Virus genome (UHGV): UHGV-0170870
Source of the DNA: a virus
Reading direction: 5' to 3' (one strand)
DNA: 63,018 bases
Made by a program: the position numbers and the translations under genes. Positions 17,761 through 26,903 of this stretch are shown here, piece by piece; the stretch's first letter is position 1; each line of letters begins with the position of its first letter. The notes beneath the pieces were generated by a model. It made no database searches. It was given only the letters and a program-made list of their open reading frames with translations, and had not been told where the DNA came from.

Positions 17761-17803
17761 GGGGAAAAAGTTGACGTTGGGATGTCAACTGCCTATTTTC
17801 CCC
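17761..17803. promoter_or_regulatory. 43-bp nested palindrome (candidate operator or centromere-like site)
   Basis: GGGGAAAA-AGTTGAC-GTTGGGAT-GTCAACT-GCCTA-TTTTCCCC. Confidence 0.4.
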
Positions 17804-17940
17804 ATACGGACAAATGGGCGAGGGGCCGGAACGAGAGTTACCCGGCATCGCCTAGTCTGAACCGACCCCGGCCTTGGCCGACATTCCGAACCCCGGCGCT
17901 TCAGTGCGTCGGGGTTTCGCGTTTCCACTAGGAGCCCGTC

Positions 17941-18126
17941 ATGGGATGCAACTGCGGAAAGCGCCGCGATCTCACGGCGCAGGCGATCAAGAACGTTCGC
18001 ACCGGCAACTTCGACGCCGCTCGTCAGAACGCGCAACGCTTCGTGAAGACGTTGCAGCTCGACGCGCGCAACATCGCGCGCAGCGTGGGGCGCTCGACGC
18101 TGATGAAGCGCCCGCCTTCAAGGTGA
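17941..18126 (+). CDS. hypothetical small protein
   Basis: 61-aa ORF preceded by GGAG. Confidence 0.3.
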   Translation: MGCNCGKRRDLTAQAIKNVRTGNFDAARQNAQRFVKTLQLDARNIARSVGRSTLMKRPPSR

Positions 18127-18127
18127 G

Positions 18128-18805
18128 ATGATGGCCGGTACGCAAACGAACTACACCGGCCCCACGAAGATATACCGCGCGTCACAGGGGCCGATGCCCG
18201 CGTCGGCATACACGCAGTCACATGGCGGCGTGATCTATGTCGACTTGACCGACGCGATGAAGCGCCTCACCGTGGCGTTCAACGTGTACGGCGACGAGGT
18301 CAAACACCGCGCGCTCTACAACGCGATCAACAAGCTCGGCGACAAGCTGCTCACGGCTGTTCGTCGCGACCTCGTCCAAACGACGGGTGCGAAGTACGGA
18401 CGCGTGATGAAAGCGGTTCACGCAGATCGCGCGCATCCCAATCGCCTGTTCTATCGCATCGTTGCGAGCGACAAGGCGATGAAGGTGAGCGACTTCGCGC
18501 GGTCGCTGACGCCAGGCAAGAAGAACCCGAGCGCCAAGCCTTGGAATCGCTCGCAGCGCTTCAAGGGTGCGTTCGTTATCCGCTTCAAGAACGGTGCCAC
18601 CGAGATCGTCAAGCGTATCGGGAAGCACAACAAGAGCGGCAAGATCAGAACATTGTGGGGTCCGATCATCCCGAAGGAAATGATCCGGCCCGGCAACCCG
18701 AGCACGTACCACATTGCTTCGGCGATCCCGACGCAGTTGGGGCCGGTGCTCATGCACGAACTCGAACAAGCCGTGATCCGCGCGAAAGCGGCGAGCGGCA
18801 CATAA
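18128..18805 (+). CDS. hypothetical protein
   Basis: 225-aa ORF upstream of ParA-like gene. Confidence 0.45.
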   Translation: MMAGTQTNYTGPTKIYRASQGPMPASAYTQSHGGVIYVDLTDAMKRLTVAFNVYGDEVKHRALYNAINKLGDKLLTAVRRDLVQTTGAKYGRVMKAVHADRAHPNRLFYRIVASDKAMKVSDFARSLTPGKKNPSAKPWNRSQRFKGAFVIRFKNGATEIVKRIGKHNKSGKIRTLWGPIIPKEMIRPGNPSTYHIASAIPTQLGPVLMHELEQAVIRAKAASGT

Positions 18806-18817
18806 CCGGAGACCCCC

Positions 18818-19465
18818 ATGAACATCCCGCATCTGGTATTCGTCGGCGCTGACAAAGGTGGCGTCGGCAAGACCATGCTGAGCCGCGCACTGCTCGGCTA
18901 CTACGGTGCCAACGGCATCGACTTCCGCGCGTTCGACACGCAATCCCCGAGCGGCGGCCTGCAACGTTTCTTTCCTGGCCGCGCGCAGATCGTGGACATC
19001 ACCAAGTCGACCGATCAGGTCAAGGTGTTCGACGACCTGGCATCGACCCAGGTGACCGTCGTCGACGTGTGCGCCGGTCTGTTGTCGCCCACGCTGAAGA
19101 CGCTCGACGTTGTCGGCTTCTTCGACGCGGCGAAGCAGAACAAGCTGCGCATCACTGTGCTGCATGTCGTCGGTCCTGCGACGCAATCGCTCGACGAGAT
19201 CAAGCCCGTGATGGCAGCGCTCGCAGGATCGAAGCACGTTGTGCTCGCGAACCATATCGACGACACCGCGTACGATGTACCGGCTGGCGCGCTCAACATT
19301 CCCCGGCTGGATGGGGAAGCGGCGAAGGCCGTCGACGCGGTCGCGCAACCGTTCCACGACTTCATCGGAAGCCAGGCGTCCTTCGTGCTGCGCGGCTACA
19401 CGCGAAGCTGGTTGAAGGACGTGTTCGCGCAGTTCGACGCTGCGCAGCTCAACAACCTGGCCTGA
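18818..19465 (+). CDS. ParA/MinD-family partition ATPase (small ParA)
   Basis: Deviant Walker A VGADKGGVGKT near N-terminus; 215 aa. Confidence 0.6.
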   Translation: MNIPHLVFVGADKGGVGKTMLSRALLGYYGANGIDFRAFDTQSPSGGLQRFFPGRAQIVDITKSTDQVKVFDDLASTQVTVVDVCAGLLSPTLKTLDVVGFFDAAKQNKLRITVLHVVGPATQSLDEIKPVMAALAGSKHVVLANHIDDTAYDVPAGALNIPRLDGEAAKAVDAVAQPFHDFIGSQASFVLRGYTRSWLKDVFAQFDAAQLNNLA

Positions 19466-20344
19466 TACACAGACAAGAGCCCCTCATGCCTCTGACCATA
19501 AAGGCGTTGCCGTAGACCACGGCCGCGTGCGTCACGTGTGTTCAGGGCCATCCACTATGCGCTAGGTCAGCGCCGTGTCGCGGATGGGCGCTATTCGGGG
19601 AATAGCAGGCAAGGTGAGGGCACCCGCCATATGAAGGTCGGTGCGGCCTCGCCATCCCCGTGCAATTCGATACCCCCTCTGAACGACTTTTCTCAGAACG
19701 AGAAAACGAAAATTCGCAGAACGAAAAACCAAAAATTCACGTTCTGCGAAACGAGCTGAGTGGCATGGATCAAGGGCGAGAGAACTGCGCTCACAGGGAT
19801 CATCAGCTCATACCCCAAACGAGCTGTGCATCACCGTTATGAACGATGCGCTTCACGATCCATGCCGCTCACCCAAACAGCACGCGTTGAGGCGCGTGGA
19901 GCCAAGCGATTGGCTCGCCAGGATACGAGCAGACGGGGGTCATGCTCTCCTGGCTCTGTGCGACCCGCGACGATGAGTAGATACGGCGCTGGCGGGAGCG
20001 ACGTGTCGAATACCCCGTCGCGGGTCGCAACCCGTCCGCTCGCGCGAGCACGCGCACGCACGCGCGGAAAAATTTTTTTTCGAGAGCATGTTGGTTTTGG
20101 AGATCGCCAAAATCGCAGTTGGGCGGATTGATGACAGTGCGATCTCGTCAGTGCTCAAAAGCCACAATCGCCGAGGTATGCGCGGCCACTCGGCCGAAAA
20201 CGCGGTGTGGCATTTCGATAAAAGTGCAACATGCCTCTAGGATCGCATTAGGCGCGCGCCCATGCGCTCAATCCGTCGCCCGGTATTTCGTACCATTGGG
20301 GCGGGTTGAGCGAATGAGCGGCGCGGAATTGGACGAAAAAAAAA

Positions 20345-20408
20345 CGCCGCTAAGGATCAACTCCCTAGCGGCGTTTTCGGCTTAAACCCTAGCGTCGCAA
20401 CGCTAGGG
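20345..20408. terminator. bidirectional terminator region (two hairpins)
   Basis: A9 then CGCCGCTA...TAGCGGCG stem then TTTT; second hairpin CCCTAGCG-TCGCAA-CGCTAGGG; sits between convergent transcription units. Confidence 0.55.
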
Positions 20409-20513
20409 CAAAGCTATGGCGGTTCGTCGCACGAATCGCCCGCGCCGTTATCGGCGCATGGCAAGCAAGCGAGGGCAAAGCACGTCATAGCAAAATCGCG
20501 GTTTGTCATCTCG

Positions 20514-20696
20514 TTAGGCCTTCTTCGCTTCTACCGCGCCAGTAATGCGCTTGTCAGAGTGATATCGCGACTCGCCATGCGTCATAACGTCAACCGGCTG
20601 TAGCGCGAGCGTTGAAACACGATTGGCAATCTCGCGCAAACCGATTGCGCCGATATGGTCGGCCAATCGGCCATCAATGTAAACAGTGGGATTCAT
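20514..20696 (-). CDS. hypothetical small protein
   Basis: 60-aa ORF directly downstream of hammerhead motif copy 1 and an AAAGG RBS. Confidence 0.35.
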   Translation of the reverse strand: MNPTVYIDGRLADHIGAIGLREIANRVSTLALQPVDVMTHGESRYHSDKRITGAVEAKKA

Positions 20697-20717
20697 GGCG
20701 TTAGTACCTTTCGACTT

Positions 20718-20775
20718 GGACTCATCAGTGGCCGCGTAACGGCCAGACCGCGCTACCTGGCGCGCGGTTTCGTCC
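20718..20775 (-). ncRNA. type II hammerhead ribozyme motif, copy 1
   Basis: RNA 5' GGAC-GAAA-[CCGCGC GCCAGGUA GCGCGG]-UC/UGGCCG UUACG CGGCCA-CUGAUGA-GUCC: all core nucleotides, GUC cleavage triplet, stems I and III as hairpins, stem II closed by the ends. Confidence 0.8.
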
Positions 20776-21047
20776 TAGTAGTAGCAATGGCGGAAAACGT
20801 AATTCCCGTTGTCGTCGCCCGTGAGATAGCCTCTAACGCGACAACCCGCGACGCTACAGACAGCCGGAATGGAAAAATACGTGTCGGGCTCCCCCGTGAC
20901 GTAAACAGTGCGGCGCATGTCGCCCGCCATGTTATCGAGTCGGCAGTTCTCGACCTTCGCCAATGTGGGGCCACCCATCCACACCGCAAACCACGCGGTT
21001 GATCCATCGGGCATATGTTCCGATTTGTCGGCGCGATACTTTTGCAT
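20775..21047 (-). CDS. hypothetical protein
   Basis: 90-aa ORF in small-gene cassette. Confidence 0.4.
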   Translation of the reverse strand: MQKYRADKSEHMPDGSTAWFAVWMGGPTLAKVENCRLDNMAGDMRRTVYVTGEPDTYFSIPAVCSVAGCRVRGYLTGDDNGNYVFRHCYY

Positions 21048-21050
21048 TGG

Positions 21051-21293
21051 TCAATCCCTCTCGATTAGCGCGGTATAGGTTCGGCAATCGCTCGCGAGAA
21101 CGCCGAACTGCGCCGCGTCATGCCAGCGCATGAATCCCGCGTCGTCGCAGCTAACGATTGAACCGCCTAACCACGCGGCGAACTTGTCCGCTTGTGCAAT
21201 TTCGGAATCTTCCATTCCGGAAGCGTCGCCATTGATGAAATACGACGCCCAATAGCTAGGCGCGGTCCCCGTGACAGTGTCGAAGGTTGCCAT
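21051..21293 (-). CDS. hypothetical protein
   Basis: Start at internal ATG 21293 preceded by GAAGGG; ORF track extends to 21326. Confidence 0.4.
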   Translation of the reverse strand: MATFDTVTGTAPSYWASYFINGDASGMEDSEIAQADKFAAWLGGSIVSCDDAGFMRWHDAAQFGVLASDCRTYTALIERD

Positions 21294-21297
21294 TGGC

Positions 21298-21690
21298 TCA
21301 ACCCTTCGCTTTCTTGACGCGCGCATAGTCGCCCGCGCTCTTAAAGTATGTGCCGTGATAGGTTGCGCCGTTGATCGCGCGAACGGTTACCGGGACACGC
21401 TTTCCGCCAAAGTTGTCGCGGTACTCTCGACCAAACGACGCGGAGCCAAGCCTTTCCCCGTTCCACGTTGTGGCGGTATTGGTCTTTGCGTTGATATAGA
21501 GGAAATACCGTTCCGGTATGTCCCGCATAAACTCGAATAGCTCGACCTGGCCGCGCTCGTCATTGGTCGGCGGGTTGATATGGGGCGGCAGTTCGGAGGG
21601 ATGATAGCTATTCGTTTTGCGTGCTTTCATCCACGCGTGCAAAGCCTCATCCCTGGCGCGGATGTCGGCGGCTTGTTCTGGCGTTAGCAT
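21298..21690 (-). CDS. hypothetical protein
   Basis: 130-aa ORF directly downstream of hammerhead motif copy 2. Confidence 0.45.
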   Translation of the reverse strand: MLTPEQAADIRARDEALHAWMKARKTNSYHPSELPPHINPPTNDERGQVELFEFMRDIPERYFLYINAKTNTATTWNGERLGSASFGREYRDNFGGKRVPVTVRAINGATYHGTYFKSAGDYARVKKAKG

Positions 21691-21710
21691 TGGCGTTAGT
21701 ACCTTTCGTT

Positions 21711-21763
21711 GGACTCATCAGTGGCCGCGTAACGGCCAGACCGCGCTAGGCGCGGTTTCGTCC
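21711..21763 (-). ncRNA. type II hammerhead ribozyme motif, copy 2
   Basis: Same core as copy 1; stem III loop is CUA instead of GCCAGGUA, a loop-size change that preserves pairing. Confidence 0.8.
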
Positions 21764-22023
21764 TAGCGTTGCGATTCCAAGAATTTCGCTATGGTGTACG
21801 GTTCAACCGTCACTTTGACGTGGAGGCTGTAATCGTCATCAGCCCAAACCGTTGCGCAGTATCCGTAGATTGAGAGATAGCCCGGAGCAGTCATGTTACT
21901 TTCAACGTGACGCTTGATTACCTCCACGCCTCTATCAACAGTGAAAGCGAAGCTAGGATTGAGACGAGTCAAGAGGTCTGCGACCTCGCGCACATTGCTG
22001 TGATTCCAATTGAGTGCAGGCAT
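21763..22023 (-). CDS. hypothetical protein
   Basis: 86-aa ORF preceded by GAAAGGAAAAC. Confidence 0.4.
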   Translation of the reverse strand: MPALNWNHSNVREVADLLTRLNPSFAFTVDRGVEVIKRHVESNMTAPGYLSIYGYCATVWADDDYSLHVKVTVEPYTIAKFLESQR

Positions 22024-22045
22024 TGGCGTGTTTTCCTTTCTAGGG

Positions 22046-22483
22046 TTAGCGGTGGTAAATCCAACCGCGATAGACTTCGCAGTAAGCTTCGCTGAACGTC
22101 TTAGCGGCCTTGTGGAGCGCGTCGCCCGCGTCGCCTAAACCACGGTCCCAATAGCCAACGCCGTGGCCTTGACGCGAAAACCAAAAGTCATGGCCCGCCT
22201 GCTCTTCGGAGTAGCCATGCGACTCGGCCAAGCGGTCGAGCCATTGCCGGACGAAACAGCCATCCGGCATGATGAAACCGAGAAACGAGTCGCAATCGCT
22301 CGCAATGTCGCGGATTGCTTCGCGCGTGAGTCTCTCGACTCCCAAATCATTCAACCGCGACTCGTTGTCGTCGCCCGTGTCGCCATTGGTGAAAAACACG
22401 GCTTCTACGTATGCCTTCGCGAACGTTGAAAGCTTGTCGTAAGCACGCGGCGCGGGGGTATCGTTCAAGACAAATTCAGGCAT
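22046..22483 (-). CDS. hypothetical protein
   Basis: Start at internal ATG 22483 (MPEFVLND) preceded by GGAAGG; ORF track extends to 22582. Confidence 0.45.
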   Translation of the reverse strand: MPEFVLNDTPAPRAYDKLSTFAKAYVEAVFFTNGDTGDDNESRLNDLGVERLTREAIRDIASDCDSFLGFIMPDGCFVRQWLDRLAESHGYSEEQAGHDFWFSRQGHGVGYWDRGLGDAGDALHKAAKTFSEAYCEVYRGWIYHR

Positions 22484-22487
22484 TGGC

Positions 22488-22898
22488 TCAACCTTCCAAC
22501 TTGGCGCGAAGGTCGGCCATTTCGTTTGCGTGGTTACGTTCTGCGCGCTCGATTGCCGCGCGAGTGATCGCCTTAGCATCAAGCGTGTTCAAGCAATCCC
22601 ACATATCTTTAGTGGCTTGCTCTGATGTGCGGCGCGCGTGTTCTAGATCGCAACGCGAAACCACAGTTCCGAACACGTCAAATATGACGTAGCGAAAGCC
22701 TCGCTTGCGATTCTCAAAGTCGAGTGCATCGCTTGTGACGATTGCGAAAAGCAAACCGTTGTCGACGACTCGCGCGGAGATGACGCGCGACTTGTGGAAT
22801 CGCAAATTATCGTCATCCACGTAATGTGTGCGACCGCAAAGGTTGCGTTGCGCGTTGGTCTTTGGATCATGCGATTCAGTGCGGAAAAGCGTAGTCAT
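22488..22898 (-). CDS. hypothetical protein
   Basis: Start at internal ATG 22898 (MTTLFRTE) directly downstream of hammerhead motif copy 3; ORF track extends to 22991 through the ribozyme. Confidence 0.45.
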   Translation of the reverse strand: MTTLFRTESHDPKTNAQRNLCGRTHYVDDDNLRFHKSRVISARVVDNGLLFAIVTSDALDFENRKRGFRYVIFDVFGTVVSRCDLEHARRTSEQATKDMWDCLNTLDAKAITRAAIERAERNHANEMADLRAKLEG

Positions 22899-22919
22899 GG
22901 CGTTGTTTCCTTTCGACTT

Positions 22920-22972
22920 GGACTCATCAGTGGCCGCGTGACGGCCAGACCGCGCTAGGCGCGGTTTCGTCC
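22920..22972 (-). ncRNA. type II hammerhead ribozyme motif, copy 3
   Basis: Same core; stem I loop UCACG instead of UUACG; followed by RBS and ATG 22898. Confidence 0.8.
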
Positions 22973-23251
22973 TATTTGTCAGGTGACACATACGACACGC
23001 TAGGCGTGCGAAAGCCTTTCACGTTGTGCGAAGTGTAGGAGTCGCGTCGGTTCATTTCACAACCGATAGCGGCAAAGGCGATAACGATACCGATTGAAAC
23101 TGCGACGCAAACCGCGTCGCGCAGTGCTGCAAGGTATGCGCGGACCATTAGCGTGCCCTCGCGATGCAGAACGAAAAGCAAAACCGGCCAATGCGGATAA
23201 ACCGCAAGCCGCCGACTCGTTTTGTGCTGAAATTGATTGCGTTCATGGTGT

Positions 23252-23509
23252 TCACGCTACCGGACGGGATTGGTCGGCGGAAACATTGCACGAAACGACG
23301 CGGTAGAAGTCTCGGCTGTAGCGCGGGCGATCATTTCCGCGCACCGAAGAAAAGGCGAGGCGACGATACATTGCGTCGAAAGCTTCGCTAGGGTCGCGTA
23401 GCCAAAGGCGGGCGATCCAATCGCACCCATTGAGCGTGCAACGAAAGCGAATGTCATAGGCCTTGCGACGCGGTGGCGTTGGCATTGGGCGAAAATTCAA
23501 TTCGGTCAT
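23252..23509 (-). CDS. hypothetical protein
   Basis: Start at internal ATG 23509 preceded by GAAAGGACAAACGCCA; first gene of leftward small-gene cassette. Confidence 0.4.
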   Translation of the reverse strand: MTELNFRPMPTPPRRKAYDIRFRCTLNGCDWIARLWLRDPSEAFDAMYRRLAFSSVRGNDRPRYSRDFYRVVSCNVSADQSRPVA

Positions 23510-24018
23510 TGGCGTTTGTCCTTTCGAGCGTGTCGCCCCCGCGTGTGCGGTGGCAGGTGTGTAAGGTAGCACACCTAACGCATACAGCAAGCGTCTAGTT
23601 CGCCCCTAATGCCTGTATTCGTTGGCTTTCTTGCGTGTTGCGCGCTCGCTTAGCGCGCTCCGACATGCCACGCGCGCCAGCGTCGCGCCTTACGAGGCAT
23701 GCAATGCGCGCATGCAAAGCAAGCCGCGTGCCACGCTCCGCGCTATCGCGCTGTAATAGAGCGTGATGAGCAAGAAACACCGCGATATCAGAGACTTGCT
23801 CGCGTTTGTAACAAACCGTGATCTCGGCCGCGCCGACCCACCCCCTGGGGTGTGGGTCCCTGTCGCCACACCCCCTCCCACCGGGGGCAGTCGCCGCCCC
23901 CGAAAGTCGGCAACGTTTTAGCGAATTTGCTCACTCTTGATCGCACGGGTCGCCCCCGCGAGCTATGCGCCTCACGCGTGAGAAACGTCACCTAACACCC
24001 CCTTTGGAGCCCCCGAAC

Positions 24019-24402
24019 ATGGCAAACACGTCGCATTCGCCTCGTCGCCGGGGCGGTGTTGACGCTTGCGTCAACGAACTACCGAAGACCATCAAGATCG
24101 GTGCCTACGATTGGACGATCTGCATCCGAGATGGAGCGGACGACAAGTACGGTCAAGCCGATTTCGAGTACAGCCAGATCAACATCTGGCCGAGAAACCT
24201 AACGAGCCCCGGTCACGGCGTCGGAATAGTGCTGCATGAATGCCTGCACGTCATATTCGACAACCACGGGCTCGGCAGACTGAAGCGGGATAAAGAGGAT
24301 CGTGAAGAGCAGATCGTTCTCGGCTTCGAGGCGGGCCTGGTCTCGCTGTTCCGCGACAATCCGAAGCTGCTCGTCTGGATGAGGCGGTGGCTTCATGGCT
24401 GA
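24019..24402 (+). CDS. hypothetical protein with HExxH zinc-metallopeptidase-like motif
   Basis: VLHECLHVIF motif; ATG 24019 with GGAG RBS; immediately upstream of terminase small subunit; ORF track starts at 23965. Confidence 0.45.
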   Translation: MANTSHSPRRRGGVDACVNELPKTIKIGAYDWTICIRDGADDKYGQADFEYSQINIWPRNLTSPGHGVGIVLHECLHVIFDNHGLGRLKRDKEDREEQIVLGFEAGLVSLFRDNPKLLVWMRRWLHG

Positions 24403-25036
24403 ACAGTACCCGCGAAAGCTCCCCGCAAAGCAGCTCGCGATACTGTTTGGTGTGAGTGAACAACGAATCTCGCAGCTCAAGCGCAAAGGGAAGCTAAACC
24501 CCGACAGCGCGAACCTCTACGACGTGCAAGAGGCCAAGCAGTTGCGCGGTTTCCAGATGAGCGAGCACGGCGTACGCGTCGTCGCACAAACATACGGCAA
24601 CGGCACCGGCAAGATCGCGCCGCCGAAGGTGACGCCGATGAATGCCGACGTGGTTCTCTCCCCCGAGGATCGCGAGGCACTCGGTATCGAGCCCAATGAG
24701 CAGATCGCGCCGTCGCCAAACAGTCACTTCGTGGCGGCAAGCCGCATCACGGAGCTGCGCGAGCAGAAGATCAAGGCCGAGATCGAGCGTATCGAGACGC
24801 GGGCCAAGAGAGAACGGGGCGAGCTGGTCGAAAGAGCGAAGGTGCAATCGTCGTTCATTGAGGCCGGAGCGCGGATCGCGGCGATCCTTCAGAACTTGCC
24901 TGCCGAGATCGCTTCGATCTTTGCGGACCCCGACAAGAAAGCCGAGGTCCGGCTGAAGGTGCAAACGCGCGTCGATCAGGCGCAGCACACGCTCTACACG
25001 TCAATGCGCGACTACGGAGAAGATGATGCTGGCTGA
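24395..25036 (+). CDS. terminase small subunit (DNA-binding)
   Basis: N-terminal HTH LAILFGVSEQRISQLKRKG; position directly upstream of terminase large subunit. Confidence 0.55.
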   Translation: MAEQYPRKLPAKQLAILFGVSEQRISQLKRKGKLNPDSANLYDVQEAKQLRGFQMSEHGVRVVAQTYGNGTGKIAPPKVTPMNADVVLSPEDREALGIEPNEQIAPSPNSHFVAASRITELREQKIKAEIERIETRAKRERGELVERAKVQSSFIEAGARIAAILQNLPAEIASIFADPDKKAEVRLKVQTRVDQAQHTLYTSMRDYGEDDAG

Positions 25037-26885
25037 CCCATTATTCGCAGGGCTGGCCGAAGGATTGAAGCCGAAGCCTCGGCTGAAGCTGTCTGAGTGG
25101 GCGGAAGCGAACCTAGTGCTGCCGCCTGAACGATCCGCGAGCCCCGGCCCATATCGCATCGGCGACGCGGTCTTCCAACGCGGCATGATGGACGCGATCA
25201 CCGATCCCGACAATGAGGACATCGTCTTCATCACGTCGTCCCAGGTCGGCAAGACGACCATCCTTGTCGCGGCGCAAGGCTACTACTGCGAGGCGGAGCC
25301 GTGCGCGCAGCTCTCGGCGTGGCCTACGCAAGACCTGGCCGACAAGTACCAAGAAGAGTCGTTCGATACCACGGTGAGAGATTCGCCGAAGTGGAGAGCG
25401 GCGATGACTGGCAGCACCGAATATAAGGGCGGCCAGATCAATTTCGTCGGCGCGAACACGCCGAACAAGCTCGCGATGCGGCCCATCCGTGTCGTTACGG
25501 GCGACGAGATCGACCGATGGCCCCTCAGCTCGTCGAAGGAAGGTTCGCCGGTCGAACTCGCCAAGAAGCGACGCACGACATACCACAACCGCAAAGGCCT
25601 GTGGGTGTCGACGCCGGTTCACGAAGACACCAGCGTCATCGTCCAGCTCTTCAAAGAGACGCGGCAACACTACTTCCTCGTTACCTGCCCCGATTGCTCC
25701 GCCAAGCAAGTGCTGAAGTGGGACAACATCGTCTACAAGAAGGGGCAGGAGGAAGACGCGCTCTATCACTGCGACGACTGCGGTGCGCTGTGGACCGAGA
25801 TGACAAAGCGCCGTCTCGTTCGCGAGGGCGAATGGCATCAAGTCGGCACCGTGATCGGCACGCAGAAGGATGGCACGCCGATCCGACTGGCGACCCCGTT
25901 CAAATGCTTCAAGGTAGACGCTGGCGTGACGCCTGCGCGCGAGAAGATCGGTTTCTGGATCAACGAGCTGTATTCGCCGTGGGTCTCGATGCGAGAGATC
26001 GCGAAGGCCTGGTCAGACTCGGAGGGCAACCCCGAGAAAGAACAGACCTTCTACAACACGCGTCTCGGTCTTCCGTATCGCGGCGACATTTCGAGCTTCG
26101 CGGACCCTGAGAACTTGAAGTCGAGGCGTGAGAAGTATGATCCTGAGATCGTGCCGAAGCGCGCGGCGCTGCTCACAGCGGCCGTCGACGTGCAGGACGA
26201 CCGCCTCGAAGTGCTGGTCGTGGCCTGGGGCAAGGGCGATGAGTGCTGGCTTCTGAAGCATCACGTCATCCAGCTCGGCCCGAACACGGACGAAGCGTGG
26301 GACGAACTCGCGAAGTTCCTCGAAAGCGGCTTCAAGCACGAAGGCGCGGCAGGGGAGACGCTCGGCATCTTCTCCGCCACTATCGACTCGGGCTCGGGCG
26401 CGCACACGCAGAAGGTCTACGACTTCAGCAACAAATGGCTGTTGGTCGGACGACGCTGGTACGCGCACAAGGGCGTGCCCGGCGACAAGAAGCCAGTCTG
26501 GATTAAGTCGGAGCAGCGCTTCAAGGACAAGACGAAGCTGTTTCTCGTCGGCACCTACGACGCGAAGGCGACCATCTACACGCGATACGCAAACGCGAAG
26601 GTGGGGCCTGGCTACGTGCATATCCATGAGGGCATCTCGGACGACAAGATCGACCAGATGACCGCTGAGCGCGCGGAGACGGACTACAAAGATGGTTTCC
26701 CCGTTCGAACGTGGACGAAGCCTCGGCATCGTCGAAACGAGATGCTCGATCTCATGGTCTACAACTACGCGGTTCGGTGTTCGGTGAACATCGACATGGA
26801 TCATTGGATCAAGCGGCTCAACACCCCCAAAGAACAACAGCCGAAGCAGCTCAACGCTGCCGACATCGGCAAGCTGTTCAAATAG
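25023..26885 (+). CDS. terminase large subunit (lambda GpA-like)
   Basis: 620 aa; P-loop FITSSQVGKTT; position and size match GpA-type terminases. Confidence 0.8.
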   Translation: MMLADPLFAGLAEGLKPKPRLKLSEWAEANLVLPPERSASPGPYRIGDAVFQRGMMDAITDPDNEDIVFITSSQVGKTTILVAAQGYYCEAEPCAQLSAWPTQDLADKYQEESFDTTVRDSPKWRAAMTGSTEYKGGQINFVGANTPNKLAMRPIRVVTGDEIDRWPLSSSKEGSPVELAKKRRTTYHNRKGLWVSTPVHEDTSVIVQLFKETRQHYFLVTCPDCSAKQVLKWDNIVYKKGQEEDALYHCDDCGALWTEMTKRRLVREGEWHQVGTVIGTQKDGTPIRLATPFKCFKVDAGVTPAREKIGFWINELYSPWVSMREIAKAWSDSEGNPEKEQTFYNTRLGLPYRGDISSFADPENLKSRREKYDPEIVPKRAALLTAAVDVQDDRLEVLVVAWGKGDECWLLKHHVIQLGPNTDEAWDELAKFLESGFKHEGAAGETLGIFSATIDSGSGAHTQKVYDFSNKWLLVGRRWYAHKGVPGDKKPVWIKSEQRFKDKTKLFLVGTYDAKATIYTRYANAKVGPGYVHIHEGISDDKIDQMTAERAETDYKDGFPVRTWTKPRHRRNEMLDLMVYNYAVRCSVNIDMDHWIKRLNTPKEQQPKQLNAADIGKLFK

Positions 26886-26903
26886 CTCCCTCGGAGGGCA
26901 GAC

